Source: a phage. From it: a DNA stretch of 64,000 nt. The stretch lies in the sequence record PQ327946.1; one strand, written 5' to 3'. Both the position numbers and the translations under genes were made by a program. The notes beneath the pieces were generated by a model that saw only the letters and a program-made list of their open reading frames with translations, was not told the origin of the DNA and did no database searches. This document shows, in pieces, positions 23,778-33,529 of this stretch; positions within the stretch are counted from its first letter, which is position 1; every line of letters begins with the position of its first letter.

Positions 23778-24785
23778 TTATGATACTAATTCAATCCATG
23801 CAGGACGCAGAACATCTTGCACCATTCGGACCAATTCTTTCTTAACAAGATTCGGATTATCAGATGATGTTAATACAATACCTTCACGAGAAGTTTCTTC
23901 CAGAATATCTTGAACAGTCAATCCCATCACTTTGCCAAAATCTTTTGGCGTTACAGTCCCAATCTTAGAAATCACATTATTAACACGATTTAATGTAACA
24001 TAACAAGCTAGAACATTAAGCAAGTTTTTGTCAATTTCGGTTAATGGAACCTGAGTTTTAATAGGCTTATCAGACTTTTTCTTTTCACTGAATTTAGAGT
24101 TCTTGCACTTAATAGCTACACGAGTACCGTTTGGCAGCCATTTAGGGAAACAAGGCTTCAGAACATAACCTTCTGCTGTATTATCGCCAATAACATTAGC
24201 ATCAAATACACAATTATTTGCTTCGACAAGGTCTTCTGACGCAGTAGCATTATAAGCGGCTAAGACTGAATCAAGGTCATTTGGAATCATGATAAGAGAA
24301 TCAAATGTTCCACGACCAAGCATTGGTGCCATTTTAAAACCAAACGTATTACAGAAATCTTGCATTTCGTAATCACTCATATAATAAGTATCATCACTTT
24401 CCGTGTTTATGATGATATCGAACACATAAAAATCTTTTTCACCGTAGTCAACACCTTTCTGGATTCCACCACCGGCGAATTCACCAAAGACTTGATATGA
24501 CACCGGCACTGAAGTTGAAATACTTTCCATAACTTCTTGAACACCTTTAATAGCTTTATCATACTTCTTGAGTACGATTTCATAGCCGTAAAAATCTTCT
24601 GCTGGAAGAATAGGGCCTGTGCGCTTGGCGCATGTGACGTTGTCACGTTCAATTATTAACGAGAAGTTGGTCCCATGGATTTTCTCACGTGCTACCCAAA
24701 CACCAGTAGTCAAACCATTAGTGTAGAGTTTTTCAATAAACTTGGAGTTGTAGTGGTTTTCAAGACTGCTGTATTTCTTAAACAT
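23778..24785 (-). CDS. rnlB: RNA ligase 2 (Rnl2)
   Basis: 335 aa; [20 protein letters not shown]... and KIHGTN nucleotidyltransferase motif I as T4 Rnl2. Confidence 0.93.
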   Translation of the reverse strand: MFKKYSSLENHYNSKFIEKLYTNGLTTGVWVAREKIHGTNFSLIIERDNVTCAKRTGPILPAEDFYGYEIVLKKYDKAIKGVQEVMESISTSVPVSYQVFGEFAGGGIQKGVDYGEKDFYVFDIIINTESDDTYYMSDYEMQDFCNTFGFKMAPMLGRGTFDSLIMIPNDLDSVLAAYNATASEDLVEANNCVFDANVIGDNTAEGYVLKPCFPKWLPNGTRVAIKCKNSKFSEKKKSDKPIKTQVPLTEIDKNLLNVLACYVTLNRVNNVISKIGTVTPKDFGKVMGLTVQDILEETSREGIVLTSSDNPNLVKKELVRMVQDVLRPAWIELVS

Positions 24786-24877
24786 AAATCACCATTATAA
24801 ATAATAATATCAAAATAATTAGCAGAGACTCTGTCTCCGACCCAATGTTTAATTTGAATGGATAGAACCTAGATTCA

Positions 24878-24902
24878 TTATACCATCAAAAAATGTAAAG
24901 CA
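24878..24902 (-). promoter_or_regulatory. putative middle (MotA-dependent) promoter for rnlB
   Basis: Minus strand TGCTTTA, 12-nt spacer, TATAAT. Confidence 0.4.
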
Positions 24903-24904
24903 TA

Positions 24905-25156
24905 CTAGAACTTGATTTCTATCCAGTGCCCATCACGCTGGTCGTGATTAATTTTGTACTGAAAGCCGTTATCACGGAACCACTGGCCGATTTGCTCGGT
25001 GATAGTTAAATCATTCTTTGACGGATAGTATGTAAATTGTGTCTGGCCTTTGTCAGCGGCTTTCTCTGCCATCACAGAGAAGTTAGCAATAAAATCTTTC
25101 AACAAATTGGCTTTAGTGGCCAGGGCCCTTTCTCTTAATTCCTGTGCAAAACTCAT
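24905..25156 (-). CDS. 24.2: hypothetical protein (T4 24.2 position)
   Basis: 83 aa ORF between rnlB and hoc; synteny only. Confidence 0.6.
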   Translation of the reverse strand: MSFAQELRERALATKANLLKDFIANFSVMAEKAADKGQTQFTYYPSKNDLTITEQIGQWFRDNGFQYKINHDQRDGHWIEIKF

Positions 25157-25347
25157 TTCTTCACCTTTCTGTTAATCAAACGTTTACGGTATACAACTTT
25201 TTCTTTTGCTTTAAACTTTGACCGAGCTGTCTCGGCTTTAGTCCATAATAATCCAACTTCTTTAGGTTGTAAACCGATTTTTTGAGCAATTTCTACGAAT
25301 GAAAATCCCGCCTCATGTAATGTATAAACTTCAACTTCAGCTCTCAT
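25153..25347 (-). CDS. 24.3: hypothetical small basic protein, possible HTH (T4 24.3 position)
   Basis: 64 aa; AGFSFVEIAQKIG resembles a helix-turn-helix; synteny. Confidence 0.55.
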   Translation of the reverse strand: MRAEVEVYTLHEAGFSFVEIAQKIGLQPKEVGLLWTKAETARSKFKAKEKVVYRKRLINRKVKK

Positions 25348-25413
25348 AATAAATCCCGTATTATTTGGTTTGTGCCATTATACATCAATCTCAAGATGTG
25401 TTTTGTATGCTTT

Positions 25414-25440
25414 AAAAACGAAGAAAGGGGCCGAAGCCCC
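25414..25440 (-). terminator. intrinsic terminator after hoc
   Basis: Minus strand GGGGCTTCGGCCCC (UUCG loop) then TTTCTTCGTTTTT. Confidence 0.65.
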
Positions 25441-25446
25441 TTACGA

Positions 25447-26577
25447 TTATGGATAGGTATAGATGATACCAGTTTCTAAAGCAGTTTTATGAATGATGTA
25501 TCCATTACGTGATTCTTGAACATCAACTTCTGGATAGTCTTTCATCATCTTCTGAAGGGTGTAACGATGCAAGTAGTACTTACTATCTGGGTCGTCAGTT
25601 TTCCAATCTTTACCTTCTTCAGTCATTTTTTGGATTTCATCCATAACCCACCAACCGCACCAGATATAAGCTGAAGTACGATGTGGAAGAGGATGAACAT
25701 AAGGTAATTCACCTTCTGGTTCCGGAGCAACTTTATCAGTTACCTGAACTTGACCTGTTGTTTTAACTGTTTTGCTATCATAGTCAGTTGCTGTAACGAC
25801 AGCAGTAACTTCAATAGTTTGACTTCCAACAGATGAGGTATCAATAGTATATACGTTAGTTGACCCTTCTACAGGAGAAGAATCTTTCTTCCACGAGTAA
25901 GTAATTTGTGCTGCGTCAGGTGCGCCAGTAACATTAGCAGTAAATGTAGCCGAAGCATCTTGCTGAACGTTAATAGAAGGAGGAGTCAATGCAATCTGTG
26001 GATTCATTGTCTTCTTATTAACCGTCAATGATACTTCATTAGAAGTAACGCTCAGTGCATCATAATCTGTCGCTGTTACTTGAGCTACACACTTGATTTT
26101 TTTAACTCCGCTTGTAGTAGGAGTGTAATTGAATGTAGCGCTAGTTGCTTCGCTCACAGGAGAACCATCTACATGCCACTGATACGTAGCAGATGCGCCT
26201 GGTGGTTGAGAAGCTAAGGCAGCAGTAAATTGAACTGGGGTTCCAATTACTCCAGCTGAAGGACTATCAGGAGTTACAGCTAAGGTAGTCGTCTGTGTCT
26301 TGTTTTGAACTGTGATAGTTGTAGTAGCTTCTGCTGTTTCAGCATCAGAATCAGGAATAGTATTTGTTGCAACTACCTTAATAGTCTTTTGACCGGCAGG
26401 TCCTTTTAATACATAATCAAAAGTTGCTTCAGCTCCATCTTGTGGAACATTATCTACAGTCCAAGCATATGTAATAGGTCCATCTCCAGTTTGACCACTG
26501 GGTGTAGCAGTAAACTGCTTGGTTTCATCAATAACTCCTGTTGGTGTTTTAGGAGTTATATCAACTGTAAAAGCCAT
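25447..26577 (-). CDS. hoc: highly immunogenic outer capsid protein Hoc (Ig-like repeats)
   Basis: 376 aa, Thr/Val-rich repeated beta-strand pattern; size and position as T4 Hoc. Confidence 0.9.
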   Translation of the reverse strand: MAFTVDITPKTPTGVIDETKQFTATPSGQTGDGPITYAWTVDNVPQDGAEATFDYVLKGPAGQKTIKVVATNTIPDSDAETAEATTTITVQNKTQTTTLAVTPDSPSAGVIGTPVQFTAALASQPPGASATYQWHVDGSPVSEATSATFNYTPTTSGVKKIKCVAQVTATDYDALSVTSNEVSLTVNKKTMNPQIALTPPSINVQQDASATFTANVTGAPDAAQITYSWKKDSSPVEGSTNVYTIDTSSVGSQTIEVTAVVTATDYDSKTVKTTGQVQVTDKVAPEPEGELPYVHPLPHRTSAYIWCGWWVMDEIQKMTEEGKDWKTDDPDSKYYLHRYTLQKMMKDYPEVDVQESRNGYIIHKTALETGIIYTYP

Positions 26578-26586
26578 AAGTTATCC

Positions 26587-27255
26587 TTATTTTAATGTTA
26601 CGAAAGAAGAATTACGAGATTCACGAATTAGAACTGATCCATCGCGATTAATATAATAAATTAAGCTAAATAATGTTTGGTGAGCAGAAGCATGCACAAA
26701 ACTAGTTGGGCGAGATTTCCAATCTGGGGTTTCGGCTATCCATTGATAAATCCACCAAGGAACAGTAACATATCCTGGGGCTTTGCCTAATTTAATGAGT
26801 GTAGGACTAAAATTTTCAGGCAGAACAAAGTTTACTTCTTTATTTACCTCTGCCTCAGGCTCTTTTTCGGATTCAACAACCTGAGTAATTGCTTCTTCGA
26901 ATTTATCATGGTCGAATTCTTTTTCTTGTTCGACAACTTCTAATACTTCAACTTGTTCTGTTGGAGAATCAAACAACAGAATAGCTTCTTCTTTAACTTC
27001 TTCGTTGGTGAAATTAACACCGTCTACATCATCTGCGGCAGTAATTAAATCGGTGATAGATAATCCATCAGTTTCAGGTAATGGTTCATCAGCCAGTGCG
27101 TTAAGAGCTTCTTCGATATCAATAACAATATTGTCGAATGATTTTGTTTTCTTAACACTAATGCCAAATTGTTCCGCATATTCAAACAGTTTAGCTTTGG
27201 CTTCCTTTTTATCAGAAAGAGCACGTAACTCTTCAATATAGTCTTTATCGATCAT
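26587..27255 (-). CDS. inh: inhibitor of prohead protease Inh
   Basis: 222 aa acidic protein between hoc and uvsW as in T4. Confidence 0.8.
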   Translation of the reverse strand: MIDKDYIEELRALSDKKEAKAKLFEYAEQFGISVKKTKSFDNIVIDIEEALNALADEPLPETDGLSITDLITAADDVDGVNFTNEEVKEEAILLFDSPTEQVEVLEVVEQEKEFDHDKFEEAITQVVESEKEPEAEVNKEVNFVLPENFSPTLIKLGKAPGYVTVPWWIYQWIAETPDWKSRPTSFVHASAHQTLFSLIYYINRDGSVLIRESRNSSFVTLK

Positions 27256-27268
27256 GGTATTTCCTCAT

Positions 27269-27276
27269 TATAAATA
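27269..27276 (+). promoter_or_regulatory. late promoter (TATAAATATAACTATA) for uvsW
   Basis: TATAAATA 30 nt upstream of uvsW ATG. Confidence 0.65.
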
Positions 27277-27305
27277 TAACTATATTTATTACATGGTAAT
27301 TTGAC

Positions 27306-28820
27306 ATGACTGACATTAAAGTACATTTTTATGATTTTAGTCACGTGCGCATTGAATGCGACGAAAGTACGTTTTACGAACTTCGTGACTTTTTTAGCTT
27401 TGAAGCTGACGGGTATAAATTTAACCCAAAATATCGCTATGGGCAATGGGATGGTAGAATTCGACTTTTAGATTACAATCGTTTGTTACCATATGGACTT
27501 GTAGGACAAATAAAAAAGTTCTGTAACAATATGAGTTATTCTGTATGGATTGATCCTAAAATCTTTGAGACAGAAGACCTTACCAGGGAAGATTTTGACG
27601 CATGGCTTTCTAAACAAGAAATTTATTCTGGCAATTCCAAAATCGAACCACATTGGTATCAAAAAGATGCAGTATACGAAGGACTAGTTAATCGTCGTCG
27701 AATTTTAAACCTTCCGACATCAGCAGGTAAATCGCTAATCCAAGCACTTTTAGCTCGATATTATCTAGAGAACTATGAAGGTAAAATTCTCATTATCGTC
27801 CCTACAACAGCATTGACAACCCAGATGGCTAATGATTTTGTTGATTATCGCTTGTTTAGTCATTCGATGATTAAGAAAATTGGCGGTGGTGCTGATAAAG
27901 CAGACAGAGATAAAAACGACGCTCCAATTATTGTTGGCACATGGCAAACAGTAGTTAAGCAGCCTAAAGAATGGTTCTCTCAGTTCGGTATGATGATGAA
28001 CGATGAATGCCACTTAGCAACAGGCAAAAGTATTTCTTCAATCATCTCAGGATTAAATAATTGCATGTTTAAATTCGGTTTATCTGGCTCATTAAGAGAC
28101 GGAAAAGCCAATGTAATGCAGTACGTAGGTATGTTCGGCGAAATCTTCCGTCCTGTTAGCACGTCTAAATTAATGGAAGACGGACAGGTAACTGAGCTTA
28201 AGATTAATAGTATTTTCCTTCGTTATCCAGACGAATTCACTGTTAAATTAAAAGGTAAAACATACCAAGAAGAAGTTAAAATTATTACCGGACTAAAACG
28301 ACGTACAAAGTGGATTGCTCAACTTTCAGTCAAATTGGCTAAGAAAGACGAGAACGCCTTTGTAATGTTTAAACACGTTACACATGGTAAAGAAATATTT
28401 GAAGCTATTAAAGAGCTTGGATACGAAAAAGTTTATTACGTATCAGGTGAAGTTGATACTGAAACACGTAACGCGCTTAAAGTCATGGCAGAAAATGGTA
28501 AAGGCATTATTATTGTCGCATCATATGGAGTATTCTCTACTGGTATTTCAGTCAAGAATCTTCATCATGTTATTTTCGCCCATGGTGTTAAATCAAAAAT
28601 TATCGTACTTCAAACCGTAGGTCGTGTGCTTCGTAAGCATGGTTCTAAAGCTGTTGCTACAGTTTGGGATCTCATAGATGACGCAGGTGTAAAACCTAAA
28701 TCATTAAATACTAAAAAGAAGTATACTCATCTTAATTACTTGTTAAAACACGGTATTGATCGTATCCAACGTTACGCTGATGAGAAATTTAACTATGTAA
28801 TGAAAACAATTAATTTATAA
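27306..28820 (+). CDS. uvsW: UvsW DNA/RNA helicase
   Basis: 504 aa; MTDIKVHFYDFSHVRIECDESTFYEL...; SF2 helicase motifs (PTSAGKS, DECH). Confidence 0.95.
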   Translation: MTDIKVHFYDFSHVRIECDESTFYELRDFFSFEADGYKFNPKYRYGQWDGRIRLLDYNRLLPYGLVGQIKKFCNNMSYSVWIDPKIFETEDLTREDFDAWLSKQEIYSGNSKIEPHWYQKDAVYEGLVNRRRILNLPTSAGKSLIQALLARYYLENYEGKILIIVPTTALTTQMANDFVDYRLFSHSMIKKIGGGADKADRDKNDAPIIVGTWQTVVKQPKEWFSQFGMMMNDECHLATGKSISSIISGLNNCMFKFGLSGSLRDGKANVMQYVGMFGEIFRPVSTSKLMEDGQVTELKINSIFLRYPDEFTVKLKGKTYQEEVKIITGLKRRTKWIAQLSVKLAKKDENAFVMFKHVTHGKEIFEAIKELGYEKVYYVSGEVDTETRNALKVMAENGKGIIIVASYGVFSTGISVKNLHHVIFAHGVKSKIIVLQTVGRVLRKHGSKAVATVWDLIDDAGVKPKSLNTKKKYTHLNYLLKHGIDRIQRYADEKFNYVMKTINL

Positions 28821-28832
28821 GGGCTTCGGCCC
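28821..28832 (+). terminator. GC hairpin (UUCG loop) after uvsW
   Basis: GGGCTTCGGCCC immediately after stop; followed by the SD of uvsW.1, so likely a stability element. Confidence 0.35.
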
Positions 28833-28845
28833 TTAGGAGATAAAA

Positions 28846-29079
28846 ATGGTACTTGAATTTAAACAATTTTTATACGAAGCATCTATTGACGAATTCATGG
28901 GTAAAATTGCTAGTTGTCATACCTTAGAAGGGCTTGAAGAATTGGAAGCTTATTATAAGAAACGTATAAAAGAAACGGAATTAAAAGATACAGATGATAT
29001 TTCTGTCAGGGATGCCTTAGCAGGTAAGCGTGCCGAACTTGAAGGCGACGATGATGAGGATGAGGAAGAAGACTTCTAA
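28846..29079 (+). CDS. uvsW.1: UvsW.1 small acidic protein
   Basis: 77 aa immediately after uvsW with SD AGGAGA; synteny. Confidence 0.85.
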   Translation: MVLEFKQFLYEASIDEFMGKIASCHTLEGLEELEAYYKKRIKETELKDTDDISVRDALAGKRAELEGDDDEDEEEDF

Positions 29080-29136
29080 TTAAAAAAAGGCCCGACCTTT
29101 TTGGAAGGGCCAAAAACCATAGGCAAAAAGGTAACA

Positions 29137-29304
29137 CTATAGTAAAAGTTGGGTTTCGTTCAATTGCTCTTCTGAACTTTCTGAAACCGGCATTTGTTGG
29201 ACATAATTATAACAAGGACCAGGATGTGCTGGACCTTTGTCTGTTTCAACAACCAATGCAGAATCGATTGGAGTTTTACAGACAACACAAATCTTATCTG
29301 ACAT
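29137..29304 (-). CDS. small Cys-containing protein (55 aa), not in ORF track; T4 uvsY.-2 position
   Basis: Hand-translated: MSDKICVVCKTPIDSALVVETDKGPAHPGPCYNYVQQMPVSESSEEQLNETQLLL; AGGAGG 7 nt upstream of ATG; TATAAATA late promoter 28 nt upstream. Confidence 0.6.
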   Translation of the reverse strand: MSDKICVVCKTPIDSALVVETDKGPAHPGPCYNYVQQMPVSESSEEQLNETQLLL

Positions 29305-29333
29305 GATTGCCTCCTAAGTTGAAATTACATATC

Positions 29334-29341
29334 TATTTATA
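29334..29341 (-). promoter_or_regulatory. late promoter (TATAAATA on minus strand) upstream of the 55-aa ORF
   Basis: Plus-strand TATTTATA at 29334-29341. Confidence 0.55.
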
Positions 29342-29561
29342 CCATTCGCATGCACATATCGATACCCATATCTTTTGTATAAAAATACTCGTCGATGTAC
29401 CCAGCAAACTTCCCTTTAATATAAAGGACGTCTTCGCCACAAGGGTGGTCTGCCAGAATACGAATATCCTGACGACGTAGATGATACTTTTCCATTAAGA
29501 ATTTAATTTCAGTTTCAAATTCTTCATCATTATTAAAGGCATCTTCAATTGAATACCGCAT
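29337..29561 (-). CDS. hypothetical protein (T4 uvsY.-1 position)
   Basis: 74 aa ORF directly downstream of uvsY, sharing its stop/start junction. Confidence 0.65.
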   Translation of the reverse strand: MRYSIEDAFNNDEEFETEIKFLMEKYHLRRQDIRILADHPCGEDVLYIKGKFAGYIDEYFYTKDMGIDMCMRMV

Positions 29562-29974
29562 TATTGCCCCGCTTCAAATTCTCGCATATCCTGGATATGT
29601 TTAAGTGCAAAACTACGAGACTTAACTGCGTCAAGTGCACCACTACAGAACTCAAGTAAAATTCCCCAGTATTGTAAAGTAGTCTCTATTTTAAGCACAT
29701 CTTTATCTGCAGCCAGGACAGTTTTCATTTCAGATTTCTCGTATCGGTCCATACTGAATTCATCACCGTCACCTCGTCCCGAGTAGTAGTCTAATCTTGC
29801 TTTTAGAGCAGTTTTCTTCTGAGTCTCTATACGCAACATTTCTTTACGAATAAATGAGTGCTTACGTAGCCATTTGCTATATAACTTAACATTATTCGCC
29901 GTCTCATATTGCAACTTTGTCATATCAATAGCTAAGTCTGCGTCTAACTCTTCCTGTAAATCTTCCAGCTTCAT
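29561..29974 (-). CDS. uvsY: UvsY recombination mediator protein
   Basis: Start moved to MKLEDLQEELDADLAIDMTKLQYETANNV... (137 aa) matching T4 UvsY; track ORF begins 27 codons upstream. Confidence 0.92.
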   Translation of the reverse strand: MKLEDLQEELDADLAIDMTKLQYETANNVKLYSKWLRKHSFIRKEMLRIETQKKTALKARLDYYSGRGDGDEFSMDRYEKSEMKTVLAADKDVLKIETTLQYWGILLEFCSGALDAVKSRSFALKHIQDMREFEAGQ

Positions 29975-30054
29975 AATGTTCTCTCTTTTAACTAATAATC
30001 TCCCGGCTGTATCGGAAGGACCTAAAACCATTATACATAGGTTGCCTTGAAGCA

Positions 30055-30453
30055 TTACACTCTATTGCTTGACGCTAACTGAAGTTTAATTTGTTCAATA
30101 TCGTCAGGGTTGTCTACGACCGAAAATCTAATCTCTACTATAACCGTATAGTCATCATATACTGGCGTTACACTTACAGAAAGTTTATCGATGCGTGGCT
30201 CATAGTTACGAACAGCTGCCTGTATATTACGCTCAATCGTATCGGCTGTAAGTGGTGTCATGTTCTCGAAAAGTTCGTCGACCAAATCGCATCCAAATTC
30301 AGGGTCGAAGGGGCGTGAGCCTTTTCTAGTTGTCACTATGCCAAGAAGACTATTTTTAATAGAACGAAGTCCTACAGAACGAGCAACGTCCTTGTTCCAA
30401 TCCATACGCATTTCTGGGTCGATATCTGAATAAAGTTTATTGATATTAGACAT
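30055..30453 (-). CDS. 25: baseplate wedge protein gp25 (lysozyme-like fold)
   Basis: 132 aa; T4 gp25 size, sequence and position. Confidence 0.93.
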   Translation of the reverse strand: MSNINKLYSDIDPEMRMDWNKDVARSVGLRSIKNSLLGIVTTRKGSRPFDPEFGCDLVDELFENMTPLTADTIERNIQAAVRNYEPRIDKLSVSVTPVYDDYTVIVEIRFSVVDNPDDIEQIKLQLASSNRV

Positions 30454-31079
30454 TATAGTAACTCAAAGAATTCTTTGAGGCCTCGTATTGTGTGAACGTG
30501 TGACGCCCCACATTTGGGACATTTAATAGGGGTTGCCAGATAAATTGATGGCGATACTAAAAGATTTTTAATATTGATCATGTCATCTTCTGTTATAAGG
30601 CCGTAAAGGTCGTTTATTTCTGCTTCAGTTAAATCTTCAACAGGGATGGACTCTCCATTGACAAAAACGGCCTCAATACATGAAGCAATCATTAATGCGA
30701 TATTTTTATCGTCAAATAATTTAGGTTGACGGAACTTAATTTTAATACCGCTGAACGAATACCAGGGATCGGCCTGTTCATCTAATTGAGTGTGCAATAA
30801 ATTCATATAGACTTGAAATGAATGCCCACAGGAACAATTCCAGGTGTGTTCTTGATTCACTTCACCTAATGAATGTGCCCACAGATTTACCAACAATAAC
30901 TCGGCTTCTTGTTTAGTCAAGTTTTTAGCGTTAGAGCAATTAGTGATAATATTGTTCACTGCTGATTCAATAGTACCGGTAGCCCGCGCACCTATGAGTC
31001 CTAAATATTCTTTTAAAGTAAAGGCTCTACAATTCACTTCTTTATCGCCTAAACGTACGGTAAATGTATATTTGTACAT
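30453..31079 (-). CDS. 26: baseplate hub protein gp26
   Basis: 208 aa; divergent from gene 51 across a shared late-promoter region as in T4. Confidence 0.85.
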   Translation of the reverse strand: MYKYTFTVRLGDKEVNCRAFTLKEYLGLIGARATGTIESAVNNIITNCSNAKNLTKQEAELLLVNLWAHSLGEVNQEHTWNCSCGHSFQVYMNLLHTQLDEQADPWYSFSGIKIKFRQPKLFDDKNIALMIASCIEAVFVNGESIPVEDLTEAEINDLYGLITEDDMINIKNLLVSPSIYLATPIKCPKCGASHVHTIRGLKEFFELL

Positions 31080-31097
31080 GTTAACTCCTTTATTGTG

Positions 31098-31105
31098 TAT
31101 TTATA
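31098..31105 (-). promoter_or_regulatory. late promoter (TATAAATA on minus strand) for gene 26
   Basis: Plus-strand TATTTATA at 31098-31105, 19 nt upstream of gene 26 start. Confidence 0.65.
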
Positions 31106-31109
31106 AATA
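31102..31109 (+). promoter_or_regulatory. late promoter (TATAAATA) for gene 51
   Basis: TATAAATA 18 nt upstream of gene 51; overlaps the opposing gene 26 promoter in the palindromic core TATTTATAAATA. Confidence 0.7.
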
Positions 31110-31126
31110 ATAGAAAAGGAGTAATT

Positions 31127-31879
31127 ATGGCTAATATAATTCGTTGTAAATTACCGGATGGTGTTCATCGTTTTAAGCCGTTCACTGTGGCGGATTATAG
31201 AGACTTTTTACTAGTTAGAAATGATATCGAACATCGTTCGCCGCAAGAACAAAAAGAAATAATTGCCGATCTGATTGATGATTATTTTGGCGAGTACCCT
31301 AAAACATGGCAACCATTTATATTCCTGCAAGTTTTTGCAGGCTCTATAGGCAAAACAAAAGTTCCCGTTATTTTCACTTGCCCTAAATGCTCTAAAGAAA
31401 AAACTGCACCATTTGAGATATATCAAAAAGAACTAGTCGAACCTGAACTTGACGTTGCTGGTATAAAAATACGTTTTTCTTTCCCTGAAAAGTTTTATGA
31501 CAATAAGGCATTAATGATAAGTGAAAACATAAAAGAAATATATTATAATGATGAATGGTACCCATGGAATGATTTGACTGAAGAGAACCAAATCCAAGTA
31601 ATAGAAGCAATAGACATTGACTCACTCGAGAAGGTTATTGCTTCTATGAACCCTATTAATTTGACCCTTAGATTAGGTTGTTGCGAACGTCATGTTAAAA
31701 CATATACTGATATCTTAGAGGTTTTTAAATTGTTAGTTAACCCTGATGAGATTTTTACATTCTATCAGATAAACCATTCACTAGTAAAGAGTCAATACAC
31801 ATTGGATTCTATTATGCAAATGATTCCTGTTGAACGTGGTATTGCTTTAACATTAGTAGAAAAGGACCATAAAAAATGA
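31127..31879 (+). CDS. 51: baseplate hub assembly protein gp51
   Basis: 250 aa; position upstream of 27. Confidence 0.85.
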   Translation: MANIIRCKLPDGVHRFKPFTVADYRDFLLVRNDIEHRSPQEQKEIIADLIDDYFGEYPKTWQPFIFLQVFAGSIGKTKVPVIFTCPKCSKEKTAPFEIYQKELVEPELDVAGIKIRFSFPEKFYDNKALMISENIKEIYYNDEWYPWNDLTEENQIQVIEAIDIDSLEKVIASMNPINLTLRLGCCERHVKTYTDILEVFKLLVNPDEIFTFYQINHSLVKSQYTLDSIMQMIPVERGIALTLVEKDHKK

Positions 31880-33048
31880 CAGTATTCCAACGTCCAGGAT
31901 ATCCTAACTTAAGCGTTAAATTATATCAAGATTATTCGGCTTGGCAAGAAAATAGATACGTTGAACTCGCGGCAACAATAACAACTTTAACCATGCGAGA
32001 TTCGCTATATGGAAGAAATGAAGGGATTCTTCAATTTTATGACACTAAAAACATCCACACTAAAATGGATGGTAGACAGATAGTCCAAATCTCTGTTTCA
32101 AATTCAAACACACCTCTCCAAGTTAGAACTCGAATTTACGGATGTAGACATTATTCTGTGTCTGTGGACTCAAAAGGTGACAATATTATTGCAATTGAGC
32201 TTGGAACAATACATTCTATAGAGAACCTTAAATTTGGGCGACCATTCTTCTCAGACGCAGGAGAATCTATACGTGAAATGTTAGGTGTCATATATAAAGA
32301 CCGTACGTTAATTACTCCGCCAATAAACACTATTAATGCTTATGTTCCTGATATTCCTTGGACAAGCACATTTGATGATTATTTGGCATATGTCAGAGAA
32401 TTAGGACTTGCTACAGCGAGTGATAAGTTCGTATTCGTATGGCAAGATATTTTAGGCGTAAACATGATTGACTATGATACTCTTATTGGTCAGGAAGGCA
32501 TTAAGATGATTGTAGGCGAGCCAAATACTGTAGGTCAGTATATTCAAGAGCTTGAGTATCCATTAGTATGGGATTTCACCTGGATGACTAAAGCTAACCA
32601 ATTTACAAGAGACCCTATTAAAAACGCCACGGTATTCGCTCATTCATTTTTAGATACATCTATTCCGGTTATTGTTACAGGTGATGGTGATAATGCTATT
32701 CTTGTGTCAAGATCAGGTGGATATTCTGAAATGACCTATCGTAATGGATTTGAAGAAGCAAGTCGTCTTCAGACAATGGCTCAATATGACGGATATGCTA
32801 AATGCACTACTACAGGTAATTTTAACATAACGCCTGCCACTAAAATTATATTTGTTGACCAAAAGAACCAATTCAAATCTGAATTTTACGTGGATGAAGT
32901 TATTCATGAGTTATCAAATAACAACTCACAAACTCATCTGTACATGTTTACCAACTCAATGGTGTTAGAACCTGTTAACCCAGTTAAGGTTAAAAATGAA
33001 CTTAAATCTGATTCTACCTCTAAAGAAAATAATTCTACCACAGTCTAA
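31876..33048 (+). CDS. 27: baseplate hub protein gp27
   Basis: 390 aa; T4 gp27 size and position. Confidence 0.9.
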   Translation: MTVFQRPGYPNLSVKLYQDYSAWQENRYVELAATITTLTMRDSLYGRNEGILQFYDTKNIHTKMDGRQIVQISVSNSNTPLQVRTRIYGCRHYSVSVDSKGDNIIAIELGTIHSIENLKFGRPFFSDAGESIREMLGVIYKDRTLITPPINTINAYVPDIPWTSTFDDYLAYVRELGLATASDKFVFVWQDILGVNMIDYDTLIGQEGIKMIVGEPNTVGQYIQELEYPLVWDFTWMTKANQFTRDPIKNATVFAHSFLDTSIPVIVTGDGDNAILVSRSGGYSEMTYRNGFEEASRLQTMAQYDGYAKCTTTGNFNITPATKIIFVDQKNQFKSEFYVDEVIHELSNNNSQTHLYMFTNSMVLEPVNPVKVKNELKSDSTSKENNSTTV

Positions 33049-33529
33049 TAAAAAGGTAATGATTCCCAAATTAGGGCTCAAACATTATAATCTTTTAAAG
33101 GACGTTAAAGGTCCTGACGAAAACATGAAAATCTTAGCTGATTCTATTTGTAAAAATATGAGTCCCGCAGATTTTGATTTTGCATGTCTACACATATTGG
33201 AATTTAATAACAAACTTAAGTCTGAAGTTGAAAAAGATGGATTCACTTATAAACTAGATGACGTCTATGTATGCCAACGAACAGAATTCCAATTTCAAGG
33301 TAATACTTTTTATTTTAGGCCCCCAGGCAAATTTGAACAATTCGCTACAATCAGTGAAATGCTATCAAATTGCTTAATAAAAGTTAATGACGAAGAGAAA
33401 GAAATTTCTTTCCTTGAGATGCCTGCTTTTGTAATCAAATGGGCAGAAGACCTTTCGACAACTATTGCTATTCCAGGCCCTAATGGCCCTATTAAGGGTA
33501 TAGCAGAAATTATTGGATTGCTTGAATGA
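32996..33529 (+). CDS. 28: baseplate hub distal subunit gp28
   Basis: 177 aa; overlaps end of gene 27 in another frame, as in T4. Confidence 0.85.
   Translation: MNLNLILPLKKIILPQSNKKVMIPKLGLKHYNLLKDVKGPDENMKILADSICKNMSPADFDFACLHILEFNNKLKSEVEKDGFTYKLDDVYVCQRTEFQFQGNTFYFRPPGKFEQFATISEMLSNCLIKVNDEEKEISFLEMPAFVIKWAEDLSTTIAIPGPNGPIKGIAEIIGLLE

Noticed and set aside
24804-24811. Plus-strand TATAAATA between rnlB and 24.2
   Set aside because: There is no plus-strand gene downstream for about 2.5 kb; it is more likely a chance match in an AT-rich leader serving the minus-strand rnlB.
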